Shown: positions 27,640-38,204 of the stretch, piece by piece
Position numbering within the stretch: position 1 is the stretch's first letter
How the letters are laid out: each line of letters opens with the position of its first letter
Source of the DNA: Azolla caroliniana
Lineage: Eukaryota; Plantae; Polypodiophyta
Assembly (NCBI GenBank): GCA_043228905.1
Contig: JBHGNT010000004.1
Span: 4,278,001 to 4,342,000 of the forward strand
DNA length: 64,000 nt
Direction: 5' to 3'
Translations under genes and position numbers: made by a program
The notes under the pieces: generated by a model
Told to the model about the DNA's origin: nothing
Database searches by the model: none
Seen by the model: the letters and a program-made list of their open reading frames with translations, nothing else

Positions 27640-30600
27640 TCATTTCTCGCCCGTCGGTTCTTCCTCGTTTTCGGATCTTTCGTCACTGCTGACTAGGAGA
27701 GCTGGGTCGGGCTCGTCGTCGTGTCGCTTCTTGAACGCTTTGATCCGCTTCCCTGCAACCGGTATCGCCATTCTCGTGCCGTCTAGTTCCGCCAGGTGAT
27801 ATGTCCCGTTGTCATTGGCGCTCCGCACCACGTAAGGCCCGAACCACCTTCGCGCGAACTTCCGTGTAGCTCGGTGCTGGTTGTCGAGGCTGCTGTCGTA
27901 GACGAGCACCCAGTCACCTTCGTCGATTTTCTTCGGTCGGAGCCGGTGCGTTCGGTCGAACCGGGCTTTGTTCTTTGTCCTCGCCACCCGGAGCTTCTCC
28001 GCAGCCAGTGCCACGTCCTCCGGTCTTCGCTCGAGCTGTCGTATACGTGCGGCTAACAACTCCTCCCGGCTCATCTCGTCCCTCCAGTCGACCGTTGCCC
28101 ACGAGGAGATCGTCCGTTCTATCGGCATGATCGGCTTCTGGCCGAACATGAGCTCCGTCGGCATGTACCCGGTTACCGAACTGTGCGTGGTCCGGTCTGC
28201 CCACAAAGCATAAGGCAGCAGCCGCGGCCAGTTTCCGACTTGGCCTCCGCATGCCCGAACCAACGCCTTGACGATCGGTCCGTGTCCGCGCTCCACCTTT
28301 CCATTCGCCTCCGGATTGTACGCAGTGGTGAGCGAGAGCTTGACTCCCAGCCGGTCGAACAGCTCCGCGGCTTTTTCGGCGTCCAACTCCCCTCGGTCAG
28401 CCACGATCTTCCCGACGCACCCGTACCGGCATATCACGTCCTCGATTAGGAACCGACATACGGCCGCGGTCGTTTTGTTCGGAAGGGCCCGGCCTTCCAC
28501 CTGGTTCGTCAGATCCTCCCGCGCTAGGACCAGGTACCGCATCTGTCCTACCCCCATTGGCATCGTCACCAGATCTACCATCCATTTGAAGTGGATGGTC
28601 GGGGGGTACGTGGGGTGAAGCTCGTCCCGATGTCGGACTATGGAGTGCATCTGACAGCTCTCGCAAGTTGTCACGAACCGATGCACGTCCTGGTACTGCC
28701 CCGACCACCAATACTTCCCCTTCAGTTTCTCAAACGTAGCCCAAGTCCCACGGTGTCCAGCCCAAGGGCTGTCGTGGTAGGCCGTCAGCAGCTCCTCCTG
28801 TTCTTCCTTCGTTGCCACCACCCGGAGCGGAGCGCCGTCCCTCTTCTTCGGGTGCTTCCATAGATAGCCATCCCGGAGAAAGAACCGGTACGCTTTCTTC
28901 CGGATCCGGTTGGCCTCGTCCTTCGTCCATGACGCATCGGGCGTCATTGTCTTCAAAAACCCACCGATTTGCAGCCACTCCCCGTCGTACTTGCTCGCGT
29001 CGAAGTCGTTAAGCGCCGGAGTGCTTGTTCCGTCGGTTGTTACATACGCAGCCTCGAAGAAGTCCACGCCGACCTCTTCGTCCTCCGACACCATGCCGCC
29101 CTCGTCATCGAATCTCGCCCTCGAAAGCATGTCGGCCATGGCGTTGTCTTTCCCGGAAATGTGTCGTATTTCCGGGTCCAGGGACTTGATGTACGCTATC
29201 CACCTGAGCATTGCCAGGTCCGGCGTCGCGCATCCGGAAACCATGCCGAGAATCGGCATGCAATCCGTCTCTATGATTACCTCCGTCCCGATCAGATAGT
29301 CCTTGTCGGCCTTCACCGCCGAAACGATACCCCAGAGTTCGCGTTTAACCTGGGCGTATCCTCGCTGCCGTTCGCTGAGGACTTTCGCGCCGAATCGGAT
29401 CGGAAACCGATTGCCGTCCTCGTCTTCCTGGTTCACGACCCATCCGATCCCGGTCGGACTGGTATCCACCGTTATGAATACCGGGGTACCCTTCCCGTAT
29501 ACCACCTTCCGGAGTGCCGGTGCCGCTGCAAGGGCCTCTTTCAGCTTCCGGACCGATTCCGCGTGCTCGTCTAGCCATTCGAACCTTCGCCCCTTTTTCA
29601 GCAACCCATACAGTGGCTCCGCGACGTGTGCGTAATGCGGGATCCACATGTGGTAGAACGCGCATGCCCCCAGGAATCTCCGTACTTCCGTGACCGAGCT
29701 GCAGTCGGGCTTCATCGCGGAGATGGCTTCTACCTTTGCCGGAGACGGTTTCCGGCCATATGGTCCGCACAGGTGTCCGACCACCATGATTTCTGACTGC
29801 CCGAAGGCCGACTTCTCCCCGGAGAAGGTGAGTCTCGCATTCTCTAGCCTTTGCAGCACCTTCTCGCAGTCGTCGATGTGCGTCGCCACGAATCGCCGGC
29901 ATCCGTCCGGCCCGATCGTCTCGTCCTTTTCTTCCACCGGGCATCCCTTGATCGGAATGTCGTCCAGAAACGGCATGGTGATGTCCGGGATACAGTCCCT
30001 CAGAACCTTGTTCATCGCATTCACCATGTGGGCCACCGAGTTGGTCCCTCCTTGCGGCAGTGTACACATCCGAACTAGGCCGAGGGGAGTTCGCATCGTC
30101 GTAATGTCTCTGCTCTCCACGGCTAGCTGGAACTGGTCGTACCCTGAGTATAGATCCCCGACCGAGTAAATTGACCTTCCGGCGAAGGCCTCCGCGAACT
30201 CGTCTATGGTCGGTCCTATCCCTGCGTTCCGAATGGTCACTCGATTGACCGGCTGCAGGTCCTGGATGAAGCGCAGCGAACCGTTTTTCTTCGGTACGGT
30301 AAACCATCGATTCGAATATGGGGCGCTCGACGGCTCGAGAATTCCCATATCAACTTTCTGCCTCAGCAGCTCCATCAACTTCGGGATGTGAGCTCTCGGA
30401 ACCGGGATTGGCTTGAGATTCCATGGTACATGCGGTACCGTGAATATCACCATCGGCTCCACGATCGTCGGGTCAACGCACCCGATTTCCTCCGGCGAGA
30501 ATGCGAAGGCTTTCCCGTGCCTTCCGAGCATTCTCCGAAACCGGTCTTCCTCCGCCGGCAGTAGGAACCCCCCCCCACCGATTTTGAGCCCTCGGAGCGT

Positions 30601-31137
30601 CTCGTCAGTGAAGGTGTGCCCTATGCAGGCCGGATCTCGTAGACTAGGGTCCGATGCAACCCCTTTGATTCTCGACGCGCTGTCCTCCGGTAAGGGTGCC
30701 GCTACTGGCCTTACCTTCCGGTCCACAGTCTTGTACTTGGTGTTTACGTGGGCCGTCCGAACTGACTCGAGCCCTCGACCGAAGTCCGCGATGACTTCGT
30801 ACATCTCCTCGGAACACACCGGTATCGTCCGGTCTTCGTTAAGGCCTTCTTCGACTACCTTTCCCAGCATTCCCAAGGTGTCGTCGAATGAGACCGCCTC
30901 CACGGCTCCGTTGATTTCCTCGTCCGGGCCGAGAACTCCGCACGCTCGAAGTCTCGCCTCCGTCTTTGTTTTCTCTCGGCCGGCGATGCCGACCATCGCA
31001 CACGCTCCGCTGTCGGAGAACAAAAATTCCCTACCTATGGTACAAGGTTTCTTCGGTTTTATCGTACAGGTGTGGGGTTTTCCCGGGGTGTCCGGACTGT
31101 CGCGGCCCCACGCCTTGGCAGCCCTCTCTAAAAATCC
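27640..31137 (-). CDS. pol: Gypsy pol (RT, RNase H, integrase), probably reached by -1 frameshift
   Basis: ORF of 1127+ aa, open back to the GGATTTT site. RT FLDD, RNase H VDTS...ETD, integrase HHCC (H-x5-H...CESC), DDE core and GPY/F-like WFGPY. No chromodomain. Confidence 0.95.
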   Translation of the reverse strand, partial: GFLERAAKAWGRDSPDTPGKPHTCTIKPKKPCTIGREFLFSDSGACAMVGIAGREKTKTEARLRACGVLGPDEEINGAVEAVSFDDTLGMLGKVVEEGLNEDRTIPVCSEEMYEVIADFGRGLESVRTAHVNTKYKTVDRKVRPVAAPLPEDSASRIKGVASDPSLRDPACIGHTFTDETLRGLKIGGGGFLLPAEEDRFRRMLGRHGKAFAFSPEEIGCVDPTIVEPMVIFTVPHVPWNLKPIPVPRAHIPKLMELLRQKVDMGILEPSSAPYSNRWFTVPKKNGSLRFIQDLQPVNRVTIRNAGIGPTIDEFAEAFAGRSIYSVGDLYSGYDQFQLAVESRDITTMRTPLGLVRMCTLPQGGTNSVAHMVNAMNKVLRDCIPDITMPFLDDIPIKGCPVEEKDETIGPDGCRRFVATHIDDCEKVLQRLENARLTFSGEKSAFGQSEIMVVGHLCGPYGRKPSPAKVEAISAMKPDCSSVTEVRRFLGACAFYHMWIPHYAHVAEPLYGLLKKGRRFEWLDEHAESVRKLKEALAAAPALRKVVYGKGTPVFITVDTSPTGIGWVVNQEDEDGNRFPIRFGAKVLSERQRGYAQVKRELWGIVSAVKADKDYLIGTEVIIETDCMPILGMVSGCATPDLAMLRWIAYIKSLDPEIRHISGKDNAMADMLSRARFDDEGGMVSEDEEVGVDFFEAAYVTTDGTSTPALNDFDASKYDGEWLQIGGFLKTMTPDASWTKDEANRIRKKAYRFFLRDGYLWKHPKKRDGAPLRVVATKEEQEELLTAYHDSPWAGHRGTWATFEKLKGKYWWSGQYQDVHRFVTTCESCQMHSIVRHRDELHPTYPPTIHFKWMVDLVTMPMGVGQMRYLVLAREDLTNQVEGRALPNKTTAAVCRFLIEDVICRYGCVGKIVADRGELDAEKAAELFDRLGVKLSLTTAYNPEANGKVERGHGPIVKALVRACGGQVGNWPRLLPYALWADRTTHSSVTGYMPTELMFGQKPIMPIERTISSWATVDWRDEMSREELLAARIRQLERRPEDVALAAEKLRVARTKNKARFDRTHRLRPKKIDEGDWVLVYDSSLDNQHRATRKFARRWFGPYVVRSANDNGTYHLAELDGTRMAIPVAGKRIKAFKKRHDDEPDPALLVSSDERSENEEEPTGEK
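31069..31137 (-). promoter_or_regulatory. Predicted -1 ribosomal frameshift signal (G GAU UUU plus H-type pseudoknot)
   Basis: Slippery heptamer directly before the ORF1 UAG, pol in the -1 frame, 6-nt spacer and two interleaved stems. Conserved at about 7470-7540 and 56735-56802. Confidence 0.75.
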
Positions 31138-33281
31138 TCTCGGTTATCGGAACCGAGGGAGTCGCGGTTACGTTCGTGGTTCGGCCGTACCGTCAGAAAC
31201 TGGACCGAATGGCGCCCGTCTTGGCTTTTGACCCTCGCGTAGGCCGAACCATTGTCCAACACCTTGGTCTCCATCCGCGCCGCCGTGATGTACGGCTCTC
31301 CCAGTATGACCGGATGCGAAGACGTCTCCTGCACGAAGAAGTGCTGGTCAATCTCGACGTCGCCGATCTTGACTCGCACATTCGGACAGGCCCCGTGCAG
31401 TTCCTCGGTGGCGCGCGTTGCTGCCCTTATTTTCCACCCGTGCTTGGTGTTGATCGGCCATTTGCCCTTCTTATAGAAGTCCATGGACATCAAATTGATC
31501 TCCGATCCGTGGTCCACCAAAGCTATCACCGGTTCCTGGACATCGCCGATCTTCACCGGGGTTTCCGTGGTCGCTCGGGCCCAGTGCGGTCTCGAATAGT
31601 GGCTTTCCGCCCACTCGTCTCCCAGCGCCATGTCGTCTAGGTGCGTCGTCCGCACTTCCACCGGTCTTTCCGGTTCTGTCTCCGTTGACAACCTCTTCCG
31701 TTTCACCAAGTCCACGATGGAGTCGTGGAACTCCTTCTTGGCGATTCCCAGCACCTCCCGTAGCGACAGCTCCACCTTGCTGTCGAGGATCCGTTCCTCC
31801 AGGACCTTTCGTAAGTCCGTGGTTCTTTCTATCTCCGTCCCCAGACGGTACCCGCCCTTCTGGGGTTTATCTTGCGTACCGGCCCCGCCGGCTTCGTCCC
31901 GTCGTGGCCCGGACCGGGTCTCGTATCGTTGTGAGGGCCCGGTCGTCCCGGGTTTCCCCACCCGCTTCTCTTCTACCAGAGCCTCGTAGTTCTGGCAAGC
32001 GGCTTCCACGAAGCCCGTCTTTTCCTCGACCGGGTCGCTCCACCCGGTCATCTCCCGTACCCGTTTCTCCGCACGGTCCGATTCCTCCCCTTTAAGCCCT
32101 GCACCGGCAAGGCCTTCTAGCATCGTCGGCCAGAATCCTGCTTTGCTTTCCTTTCGGCCCTCGCCGCCCCCGACTCGAATGCCGGCCGACGCCGAGTAGT
32201 GGACGGTTTCCGCGTGTCGGGCCGCCGCCTCTTCCATCAACCTTTTCATACCACCTCGCCCGTCGTTTCGGCTCAGGGCCCTTCGGGTGTCGCTGGCATG
32301 CACCCGTCCTTCCCACAGGTACACCACCCTGTTCCTCAGCGCCTCCGCGAAGTCGCCGCAGTCCTTCCGAATGTGGCCGACTTCATCGCACCACATGCAC
32401 CTGTTTCCTGCCGCCGGCCGTCGGTCACGAGCCGGTTCGCCTCCTTCCCTTCGGGCCTGCGCGATTTGGAGGTCCTTTATCGCCTTCGTCAATTCCTCCA
32501 GCGCCGCTCCTCCGGTTGAGCCTCTGACTACGCCGGTCGAAGCCGAACCCGTTTCCAACCACTCTCGGGTCTCTTCCTTTCGCACCTGTGGCGCTGGTTC
32601 GAGCTTCCTTGCTGCGACCGAGCCCGACCCGGTTGCCCCGTTATCCGCCCACTCTCGCCGTTTGTCGAAACGGCCACAGACCTTCCTGACAGCCGCCCAG
32701 TCGGTAGTGAGCCCGTCTTCGGTCTCCAGCAAGAGGCCCACTTGCTCCCGATCCCGCTCGTCGACCGTCTTGACAAACAGTAAGACCCGGCTCGTGTCCA
32801 GGATGGTTCGGTCGAGCGCCGAAAGGCGCGCAAAGTTTTCCTCGAACTCCCGGAGGAGTGCCGACGCGTTTCTTCCCTTCCCCGGGGATTCCACCCATTC
32901 CATGAACCTTCGCTTCGAAAGCCGGAGCGCGTCATCCAGCCCGTATTTCTCTAGGAGCCGACCTTCGAACTCTTCCCAGGTACGGCTCTCCGCCCGCACC
33001 TCGAGCACCTCCGCATGGATGCTCGGCATCGCCACTCGGGGAAATCCGGCAAGACGCCTTTCTTCCGGAATGTCCCGCATCAGCATTTCTGCACCGTAGG
33101 ACGCCAGATACTTCGTGGCATCCCTCCCATCGAACCGGCCGATCGTGCCGACGACCGCCTCAATAGCTCTGTCGAGGGCACCGGTGCCCTCGCGCGCGTT
33201 TACAATCCGATCCACGGCCGAAGCCATGGCCTCTGCAAGATCCGACCCCCTCATCTTCTGCTCTTCTGCCGCCTCCTTCAC
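31128..33281 (-). CDS. gag: Gypsy gag plus aspartic protease
   Basis: 717-aa ORF with the first ATG about 25 nt after the PBS. Zinc knuckle CMWCDEVGHIRKDC and protease motif ALVDHGSEINLM. Confidence 0.93.
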   Translation of the reverse strand: MKEAAEEQKMRGSDLAEAMASAVDRIVNAREGTGALDRAIEAVVGTIGRFDGRDATKYLASYGAEMLMRDIPEERRLAGFPRVAMPSIHAEVLEVRAESRTWEEFEGRLLEKYGLDDALRLSKRRFMEWVESPGKGRNASALLREFEENFARLSALDRTILDTSRVLLFVKTVDERDREQVGLLLETEDGLTTDWAAVRKVCGRFDKRREWADNGATGSGSVAARKLEPAPQVRKEETREWLETGSASTGVVRGSTGGAALEELTKAIKDLQIAQARREGGEPARDRRPAAGNRCMWCDEVGHIRKDCGDFAEALRNRVVYLWEGRVHASDTRRALSRNDGRGGMKRLMEEAAARHAETVHYSASAGIRVGGGEGRKESKAGFWPTMLEGLAGAGLKGEESDRAEKRVREMTGWSDPVEEKTGFVEAACQNYEALVEEKRVGKPGTTGPSQRYETRSGPRRDEAGGAGTQDKPQKGGYRLGTEIERTTDLRKVLEERILDSKVELSLREVLGIAKKEFHDSIVDLVKRKRLSTETEPERPVEVRTTHLDDMALGDEWAESHYSRPHWARATTETPVKIGDVQEPVIALVDHGSEINLMSMDFYKKGKWPINTKHGWKIRAATRATEELHGACPNVRVKIGDVEIDQHFFVQETSSHPVILGEPYITAARMETKVLDNGSAYARVKSQDGRHSVQFLTVRPNHERNRDSLGSDNREDF

Positions 33282-33294
33282 GTCGGGTTCACCA
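33277..33294 (-). promoter_or_regulatory. Primer-binding site complementary to tRNA-Trp
   Basis: The + strand reads TTCACGTCGGGTTCACCA, which matches the 3' end of plant cytosolic tRNA-Trp(CCA) as I recall it. 4-nt spacer to the LTR. Same motif at 9627-9644 and a degenerate one at 49406-49423. Confidence 0.85.
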
Positions 33295-34673
33295 AAGATG
33301 TCAAGTTATTACGCAAGTGCGTGTGGAAACGAGGCGGGACCGCGGGGGTCTCGAACCAAAGAGCAAGCGAGGGAGGAGAAAGAGAGAGAACCGGCTACGC
33401 AGGACTGGGGACACACCGGGACACGGCCCTTCGGCACGGAGAACGCGAACGAACACGGACACAGACAGATGCGAATGACTAAATATGTATATTGACAAAA
33501 ACGGCTAACACGACTACAACCCTCGATGGGGCACAAGTTGGTTACACCCGAACAGGCCGGCGAACAGATGCCGATGCCTGTTCGCTTCGACGCACAAAGG
33601 GCAGCAGGTCGGAGGTGCTGCCGGAAGCACTCGGGCTTTCCTCGAAACAGCGCGAGCCTCCTCGGAACCCTGCACAGAAAGCTATGGAGCTCAAGAAGGA
33701 AGGAAACAGAGAGAGAAGCGTCCAGAAACAGTCCGACAGCACTTCCTCCTCCCTGCGCGAGATGCCTGCAATAGCTCTTTCCTACTCCTTATATAGGCCG
33801 ACGAGCAGGCCGTCACGTCAGCTTTATTCCCTGTCCCTTTTGGACAGGGATTCGCTTCGTCCTTCACGCATCCGCGTAGTTACGCCGCCGACTCGTACGG
33901 TTCCTTCGCTCGCGCGCGCGACCGAAAAGACTGTTCGCGCGGTCTTTGTCTCCACTTGTGTTAGGGCCCGTTCCCGCCGATTATCCTCCTAATTCGCTTC
34001 TATGTACAACTCGGAGCGTGCGCGCGTGAAGAACCGGTTCCCACGCCTTGGTGCACCGATTCCGCCTAGGGACGGTTTTCTTCACGACAACGTATAGGCC
34101 AAACTCGAAGAACTCGATCTACAACATATCAGTACGCACCTCCAGGTTGCTGATATCTTTACAAAGGCCTTAGGAGTGGACAAGCTCGGGAAATTTGCAT
34201 TGGCTCTTGGTCTCATGACATCCACATTATTGAGCTTGAGGGGGATTACTGCGAGCGACACGCGCACTATATGCAATTGATCGAGTACGCAATATACAAC
34301 GATACGTGAATACGCAACACGTAGTTAATCGAACCGAGCATGAAGCCGAAAAGCCAAACAATCCAGTTCGAGGATTACGAACGCCGGAAGCCGGATTCCG
34401 AAGACCGAACCGAAACAACTTTTCGACAGACAACTTTTCGACAGATGGAAGTTGTGTTCGAAGGGGCGTCTTGAGAGTCGAACTCAACTTCCCTTAGTAA
34501 TAGGTTTCACACTAGCTTATGGTCATACCAGGCTAGTTACCCTAGATTAGTTGGTATTTAAACCAACTCCTTGTAACTTAGTTACTGTTGGAAGTATTTT
34601 GGTTAATGTGACATACAATGTTTTATCTCTGTCTTAAGCTCTCTCTCTCTCTCTCTCTGTTTTGCCTTACGTG

Positions 34674-34728
<55 letters not shown>

Positions 34729-35689
34729 AATTATCTTCCATTGTATTACACCACCAGCTCCATTTATTTACAACTTGAATGCACTGAGTGATGGGAACCT
34801 TTGTAGACATATACCTCAACATCCCTGATCTTGACACTGTCGAAGAGAATCCCCTTGTTTCGCTATCTTGGAAGTCTTTGCGTTAAGGTAGAAATTAAAT
34901 TGAAAATTTCCATTTCTTATTCTCTCCCTTTTCCTGTACTTCAAAGGGTTTTGAACTTCTTCTCCACCATGAGAAACATCTAGCATTGACAACTTCAAGA
35001 AGGGGACCGGCTAGCTCGAAGAGGAGCTCCTCATTTCGACATCTTGGAGGATCTTCTTTGAGTTAAAAGTAGGAATCGACAATGGTTTAGTTTCGGCTTT
35101 ACCGGTTCGGCCTTGTCCAAACCAAACAGGTTAAGCCTTAATTAGTTTGGTCCAAACTAGGGGTACCTCCTCTATTTCGAAGGGTTTTGGACTTCTTCAT
35201 CGCCACGAAACTCATCCAGCAGTGACAACTTTAAGAAGGGAACCCACTAGCTTGCATGCGAGTCATTGAAGGCAAAACAAAGTGACTGGAGAACAAGAAA
35301 GGAACTTGAAGACGTCATTGCCATCGGTGGTGGTTGTGGTGTTGTGAAGATGTTCGGCTACGGTGAGAAATCACGAGAGAGGGGGCCAAAATGTGTAGGT
35401 GCAATGTGTGTGCACACAAAAGCAATTATTTGTGCATATGCACAAATAAAATAGAAACGAACGGTGCAAATGTGGCAAAGAAAATAGTGGGGGTGGAAAA
35501 GGAAAGAGAGGAGAAACAAAAAGTAAAAGAGGGAATAGAGAAACTCTCTATTCTAAAATTTACAAGAGAGTTAATGGTTTAGTGGTTAGAGTCTTTGACC
35601 TCTAGATGAAGGTGCACGGTTGGAATTCAATTTGACAATATAGTGTGATTTAACGAGTGGAGACTTACTCCATTTTAGCATTAAATACA

Positions 35690-37393
35690 AATGTGCCTCC
35701 CATGCCCCCCTTTTTTTTCCTATGAAAGGAGGATGAGGGGGCTCATTTTGGGTCGGCCATTTTGGGATTTATAGGTAGACCATTAGGGTTTTTAGGATTC
35801 ATCTTCTTCTCTTTTAGTTTTAGGGTTCGGGGGTTGCCCATTTTTGGAGGGCACCATTAGGGTTTGGGATTTAGGGTTTCTAGTTCTACCTATTCTCTTC
35901 TCTTCCTTTGGGTGATTTGGGGTTTCTTGGTGTGCTTGATCTCTTTCACTCTCTCTCACACCCTCTCCTCTTTGAGGCGTGTCCGTGGTCATGTGTTGGT
36001 GTTGGCGCTCGAATTGCTCGAGTCGTTTGTGGTGCTCGTGAGACCGAGACTCGTTGGTTCGGTATTGCTCCCCCGTTCATCATTGCGCGTCCTTGTGATC
36101 GCCATTTAGGTGGTCGTGGTCGTGGTTTGTTGGGGTTGGCGATTTCGTGGTGTGGCCGTGGTTGTGTGCTCGCCCGTGTAGAGATAGTGTGTGTGCGTAA
36201 CAATTGTGGTGGTCATCAGAAGCATCATCTCCCTCCCTATCTCTTGCCCTATACTCGTTTCCGTGTAGTTGAACTTGAGTTCGGCCCTAGTGCCATTATT
36301 GTAAATCTGTGGTGGCCCTGAGCCTTGCATAAAGAATTTAATATTTTTGAGTGTATGTTGGGGTGTCTCTTCCCTTGTGTGTTCACATCCTCTTCTTGTT
36401 GTGTGTTAACATCCTCTTCTTGTTGTGTGTTCGGCCGTCTTGTGATGAGGGAGCGTTCCGGGCGTGCCCATGTACCTCTCCTCATAAAGGCGTATTTGCA
36501 TTCGTGTTTGTGTTCTCGTCCCCTTCTTGTTGTATGTTTGACCGTCTTGTGACGAGGGAGCGTTTTGGGTGTGCCCATGCACCTCTCCTCATAAAGGCAT
36601 ACATACATTTATGTTTGTGTTCTCGTCCCCTTCCTTGTCGACAATAACATGGCCCATGAGGGATGGTCAAAGGGGAACGAAATGCGACGACATGCTACCA
36701 CCTAAGGAAGAGAACTTGAGGGCAGAAGGGTTCAACGGTGCTCGACATCGAAGCCTCGGTAAGGGAGGTGCATATGAGAGCTTGAGGTTGCAAGTCAAGG
36801 TAGAAGGGAAGGAGAAATGGTCGACAAGGAGGAAGTTGCATCTTGACAATTGCGGGCAAATGATGTAGCCGATACGAAGGACGAAGTACGGTGTAATGAT
36901 ACCATAGGAGAGGGTGTGGAACAACACACCCTCTTGTCTTGTGAAGGAATGACGACCAAGGATAAGGCCGAGGACTCAAGAGCGACAAACGCCACTACAA
37001 GGGTGGACGAGTGTTACGAGACTATGGATGAGTCGATGGTGTATGGTGGTGTCAAAGGCGGCAAGGAAGTGAAAGTTGAAGCTGGTGTGTACAACAAAGA
37101 GGTTAGACAAAGCACAACGAAGGACAATGAGGGTGTTGAGAGTGAAACTCAACTTTACTAGTTTGGGAACACACCTTAGGAATACCCAAGTGTGTGAACA
37201 CCCCACCTCCTTGTATTATAAACTGACCGTCATAGAAGTTAAGTCTTATGACATATATTCAATAGGTAGTCAAGTCTCCACGTCTTTTCGAAGTGGTGGG
37301 TGTAGTGAGAGAACATAGGGGGAAGGTGACTACATAAGCACCTTCTCCATCTCTTTGTCTTATTCTCTTGTTAATACAATTTTCTGGTTTTGA

Positions 37394-37425
<32 letters not shown>

Positions 37426-38200
37426 ACACACACATACACACACCTTCCGCCGGAGAGAATCACCCGATTCTTTATAGAGTGCCAAGCAGTCTGAGTAGAT
37501 TTGAAAGGTGTTCCTCGGGAAGTGATCACAACTTCTAATGTGAGGGACGATACTAGCGTCAAGATTAGAGGCTCAATGGTCAACTCTAACGCGAGAGTTA
37601 ACTACAAAGGTGGATCAAATAGGAAACATGGGAGGTGATTTTCTAAGGAGACCTAAAGATGAGCATTTACTTTAAGAAAGGGCTACATAGTGTAATCAAC
37701 ACGTTCGAATGGGGCTTTGTGAAGTCAAGCATGTAATGGGAAAGAAAGAAGGGTGGTCGTGCCTTGACCAAGGGGATGGTCGGAACGAAGGTGGCACTTG
37801 CACGATACACGAAGGGTTATGCTCAGGAGAAGTGAAAGAGGCCACGACATCCGATCATGGTAAAAAGTACGAACGAAGAATATGGTGGATTGGATGGAGA
37901 TGGTGGTTTAGGTAGAAAGAATGGGCGTGTTCGAAGTGGAGGAACAAAGACGATGCAAGCGAGGCACAATGAATGAAGGACATGACCTTGAAGACCTCGA
38001 TGAGAGAAACGAAAGAAATGATCTCCCGAAGGAAAGCGGGGACGACGAGGGGGCGCAGAAAAAGATGGATGGCAAGCGTTGCCTCACAATTCACCCTCTT
38101 TTCTTGGCACATACTGGAAGATGTGTGGTTTGGTGGGGCTGGATCTTTTGAACATGTTTGGCTAGGGTGAGAAATCACGAGAAAAAGGCCAAAATGTGTA
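35690..38200 (+). mobile_element. Degenerate LTR-element-like debris related to the internal region of 48776-64000
   Basis: LTR-like pyrimidine-rich and TAGGGTTT segment, ~116-bp tandem units at 36430-36630, a PPT-like AGGGGGAAGG at about 37317, and peptide-level similarity of 36895-36975 to 50250-50330. Boundaries are uncertain. Confidence 0.45.
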
Positions 38201-38204
38201 TGGA

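Larger units (their letters stand above)
26778..34089 (-). mobile_element. Intact, very young non-chromoviral Ty3/Gypsy LTR retrotransposon
   Basis: 791-bp LTRs at 26778-27568 and 33299-34089 (TG...CA), with only two substitutions seen. 4-bp TSD ACGT, PBS at 33277-33294, PPT at 27569-27580 and two uninterrupted ORFs. Confidence 0.98.
23231..34772 (+). mobile_element. Degenerate Ty1/Copia element (pol plus 3' LTR), interrupted by two Gypsy-group insertions
   Basis: LWHKRIGH, VHSDVWGP, RT (YMDDL) and RNase H (ADWAG, STEAEY, HYHFIREHV...VADIFTKAL), with stops and frameshifts. PPT at about 34460-34468 and 3' LTR at 34469-34772. The 5' part is deleted. Confidence 0.92.

Noticed and set aside
33277-33294. 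Possible tRNA-Trp gene
   Set aside because: Only the 3' 18 nt including CCA match, next to an LTR, so it is a PBS.
27796-33482. Many long antisense and alternate-frame ORFs over gag and pol
   Set aside because: Expected shadow ORFs of GC-rich coding sequence.
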